A DNA stretch of 26,526 nucleotides from a virus (lineage: Duplodnaviria; Caudoviricetes), in IMG/VR virus record IMGVR_UViG_3300011115_000618, positions 1 to 26,526 of that record. The stretch is one strand, 5' to 3'. Made by a program: the position numbers and the translations under genes. How positions within the stretch are numbered: position 1 is the stretch's first letter; each line of letters begins with the position of its first letter. Shown here piece after piece: positions 24,756 to 26,526 of this stretch. A model generated the notes under the pieces. It searched no databases and was not told where the DNA came from. It saw nothing but the letters and a program-made list of their open reading frames with translations.

Positions 24756-24810
24756 TTGCTAGGGTCTAATGGGAAGCTAGGGGCAAGCCCTAGCGTCCTG
24801 TAGAACCTAG
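24756..24810 (-). promoter_or_regulatory. Long imperfect intergenic hairpin A (RNase III-site-like)
   Basis: Minus strand CTAGGTTCTACAGGACGCTAGGG-cttgc-CCCTAGCTTCCCATTAGACCCTAG-caa; shares 16 nt with hairpin B. Confidence 0.6.
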
Positions 24811-25394
24811 AGCCAAGAGGGAACGGAAAAGTCATTGTCGTAGATGCTATTGGCAACGCGCATGGGCATGGCAACGCCAAAAGCATCGGCAAGCGTTCCG
24901 AACACAATATGTGGGTCTGTGTCGCCCGTACCCTTAAGTACTAGCGTCTGAACCTTATCGGCGGTGAGTGCATCAGCTAGGCGCGACAATACGCGATTAT
25001 CAAAGCTAGCCATGCAGCCCATATCAGGTGTCGTTTGCGGAACAATTGCGCGCCAATCAGGGAACGCCATATCTATGAGCCAATCGCTTGTCTGAATGCC
25101 ATTTAGCTTTGCCATACCGTTTTCGATCCAGATTACGGGGTCCTGGTGTTGGCGTGACGGCTTGCATTCTTTTAGGAATGATTTGGGCAAGGCTAGCGTG
25201 AACGCTTCGCTGGCGAAACCTTTGACGTCGCGAATGACAACGGCGCAATGGCCATCGGTGGCGATTAGGATGGTTCCGCCGTCCTTATGCGGCTCTACGC
25301 GAACGCCAGCGATATATGGGCGGTGCGCGTCTGTAGAAGCGCACGTGATGGCGCGAGCGTATAGGTCGGCGGTGATGGTTGCTGTAATGGCCAT
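24807..25394 (-). CDS. DNA polymerase III beta-clamp-like protein (truncated, 195 aa)
   Basis: AS.D..RPYI.GV, IATDGH, FPDWR.IVP, F....L and MPMR motifs match the central and C-terminal parts of DnaN. Confidence 0.78.
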   Translation of the reverse strand: MAITATITADLYARAITCASTDAHRPYIAGVRVEPHKDGGTILIATDGHCAVVIRDVKGFASEAFTLALPKSFLKECKPSRQHQDPVIWIENGMAKLNGIQTSDWLIDMAFPDWRAIVPQTTPDMGCMASFDNRVLSRLADALTADKVQTLVLKGTGDTDPHIVFGTLADAFGVAMPMRVANSIYDNDFSVPSWL

Positions 25395-25428
25395 GATTTG
25401 GTTTCTTTCGTTTGCGTGGTTTGCGTGG

Positions 25429-25486
25429 TTGCTAGGGTCTAATGATACCCTAGGGACATAAGCCCTAGGGTATAGATGGACGCTAG
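25429..25486 (-). promoter_or_regulatory. Long imperfect intergenic hairpin B (RNase III-site-like)
   Basis: Minus strand CTAGCGTCCATCTATACCCTAGGG-cttatgt-CCCTAGGGTATCATTAGACCCTAG-caa. Confidence 0.6.
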
Positions 25487-25635
25487 GCTAGGACGATTGC
25501 ATAGTCGGTATATTTGGTGAGAAAGGGTTTGGCTTGGATATATTCCAAGTGAGCCATTGCCTTGGCGAAAGAGTGATAGGCCATAACGTCAGCTTGGGTT
25601 CCGGTTTTCTTAGAGATTTGGATGACCTTGAACAT
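25483..25635 (-). CDS. Small hypothetical early protein
   Basis: Likely start is ATG 25635; 50 aa; first ORF after the candidate promoter. Confidence 0.55.
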   Translation of the reverse strand: MFKVIQISKKTGTQADVMAYHSFAKAMAHLEYIQAKPFLTKYTDYAIVLA

Positions 25636-25670
25636 GGCTTGGATTCCCGTGTTTGTTTGCGTTTGTGTAG

Positions 25671-25724
25671 CTATCATTATGGGGGACATTTGAGAGTGTC
25701 AATCCCCAAATGTCCCTTAATGTC
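25671..25724 (-). promoter_or_regulatory. Sigma70-type promoter with flanking operator-like inverted repeat
   Basis: Minus-strand TTGACA (25702-25697), 17 nt, then TAATGA. A perfect 10-bp inverted repeat GGGACATTTG/CAAATGTCCC lies at 25683-25692 and 25707-25716. Confidence 0.65.
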
Positions 25725-25726
25725 AT

Positions 25727-25975
25727 TTATAGCGCATATACCCTGAAGGTCTTTTCTCCCGTTTTCATTGTCAGTAGGTTTCGAAGATTGTTTCTGGTTT
25801 TGAACCGGTGAAGCGCTTTATGCGTGGCAATCCTGTCTTTTTCGTCGGCGCATACCACTTCGAACGATTCATGAGGCTTTAGCCTTTGCGCTGTGGCGTT
25901 CATAGTTGAATGCCTGCTAACCCGCTGGCTATCCGTTAAAGAGGGGCCGGCAACATTTTTCTCAATCTTAAACAT
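25727..25975 (-). CDS. Small basic protein, putative DNA-binding
   Basis: Likely start is ATG 25975 after TAAGGAG; MFKIEKNV...L...ESF.V...FRVY pattern resembles a common small phage family. Confidence 0.65.
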   Translation of the reverse strand: MFKIEKNVAGPSLTDSQRVSRHSTMNATAQRLKPHESFEVVCADEKDRIATHKALHRFKTRNNLRNLLTMKTGEKTFRVYAL

Positions 25976-26100
25976 ATCTGTCTCCTTAGTGGGTTTCCAC
26001 AGTGTCCATATATGTTTCCTGATGGCTTCAATCAAGGGTTCTTATGTATCTCTCTTTTAAGTAGATATTTTTTGATACCGCTTAACCATAGATAAGTCAT

Positions 26101-26135
26101 TGTGGTCGCTGTTGGTCGTTGTTGGTCGTTGTTGG
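26101..26135 (+). repeat. 10-bp tandem repeat (GTTGGTCGTT), about 3.5 copies
   Basis: tgtggtcgct gttggtcgtt gttggtcgtt gttgg. Confidence 0.8.
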
Positions 26136-26270
26136 AAAACGTGTCTGGACATCTGCCCCCATTACCGGAAGTGGACATATATAGCGTAGCTATATGTCCT
26201 GTCCACGAGGGTACCGACACGAAAGCCATATCTTTTGCGCCTTGATCCAGTCTGTAGAGCCTTGGGGCTT

Positions 26271-26449
26271 GGATGGCGTCTGGATGGTTGCGTGATGGCG
26301 CTAGGGATGGCGTGTGCGGCTCTGGATGGCTTGCCTTTAGATATCCGCCCATACGCTCTGGATTGCTCTGTGGCGTCACTCTCGCGGTTTATGGGGATGG
26401 CGTGATTGATGGACGGAATTGTTGATATCGTCCATTGCCAGCGATGGCG
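26271..26449 (+). repeat. Cluster of eight same-strand GATGG motifs
   Basis: GATGG starts at 26272, 26283, 26294, 26306, 26325, 26396, 26408 and 26443, usually as GATGGC(G). Confidence 0.75.
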
Positions 26450-26526
26450 TTATTGAATGGATCGTCAATAAGGGGTGAGAGCCTGCTGCAAGCCGCCCAC
26501 CGTGCCTTTCCCCAAAATTCCAGACC

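Noticed and set aside
26082-26096. CtrA binding site (TTAACCAT at 26082-26089)
   Set aside because: A single half-site-type match; no full TTAA-N7-TTAA found here or in the other intergenic gaps I checked, so chance cannot be excluded.
26032-26379. 115-aa minus-strand ORF
   Set aside because: No convincing RBS or motif, and it runs through DNA-level repeats; likely spurious, though not excluded.

Overview
About 26.5 kb of a tailed-phage genome with a P22-like (short-tailed) virion module. The host is probably an alphaproteobacterium, because the window encodes a clear GcrA homologue. 1-12.5 kb (+): end of the coat protein gene, head/tail genes (gp4-like, gp10-like, tail needle, beta-helix tailspike), three ejection-type proteins and a small lysis cassette (M15 endolysin plus two small membrane proteins). 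12.5-16.6 kb (-): a recombination operon (Sak4-like ATPase, DUF669-like SSB, Cas4-like Cys-rich exonuclease, RuvC-like resolvase). Inserted into it, and translationally coupled, is a lower-GC two-gene module: a minimal QueD/PTPS-like T-fold protein and a TGT/DpdA-like base-exchange protein. This is the best candidate for an undescribed nucleic-acid modification system. 16.7-20.3 kb (+): Cro-like HTH, primase-AAA helicase and a second, SF3-like helicase. 20.3-26 kb (-): an array of small early/host-takeover genes (GcrA, receiver-less OmpR-type winged helix, truncated beta-clamp-like protein). It shows repeated gene-junction sequences, paired RNase III-like hairpins, CTAG enrichment and an operator-like inverted repeat around a -35 box. 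The window ends in a repeat-rich, probably non-coding segment. No integrase, CI-type repressor, DNA polymerase, tRNA or CRISPR array was recognised. All family calls come from motif recognition by eye; no searches were run.
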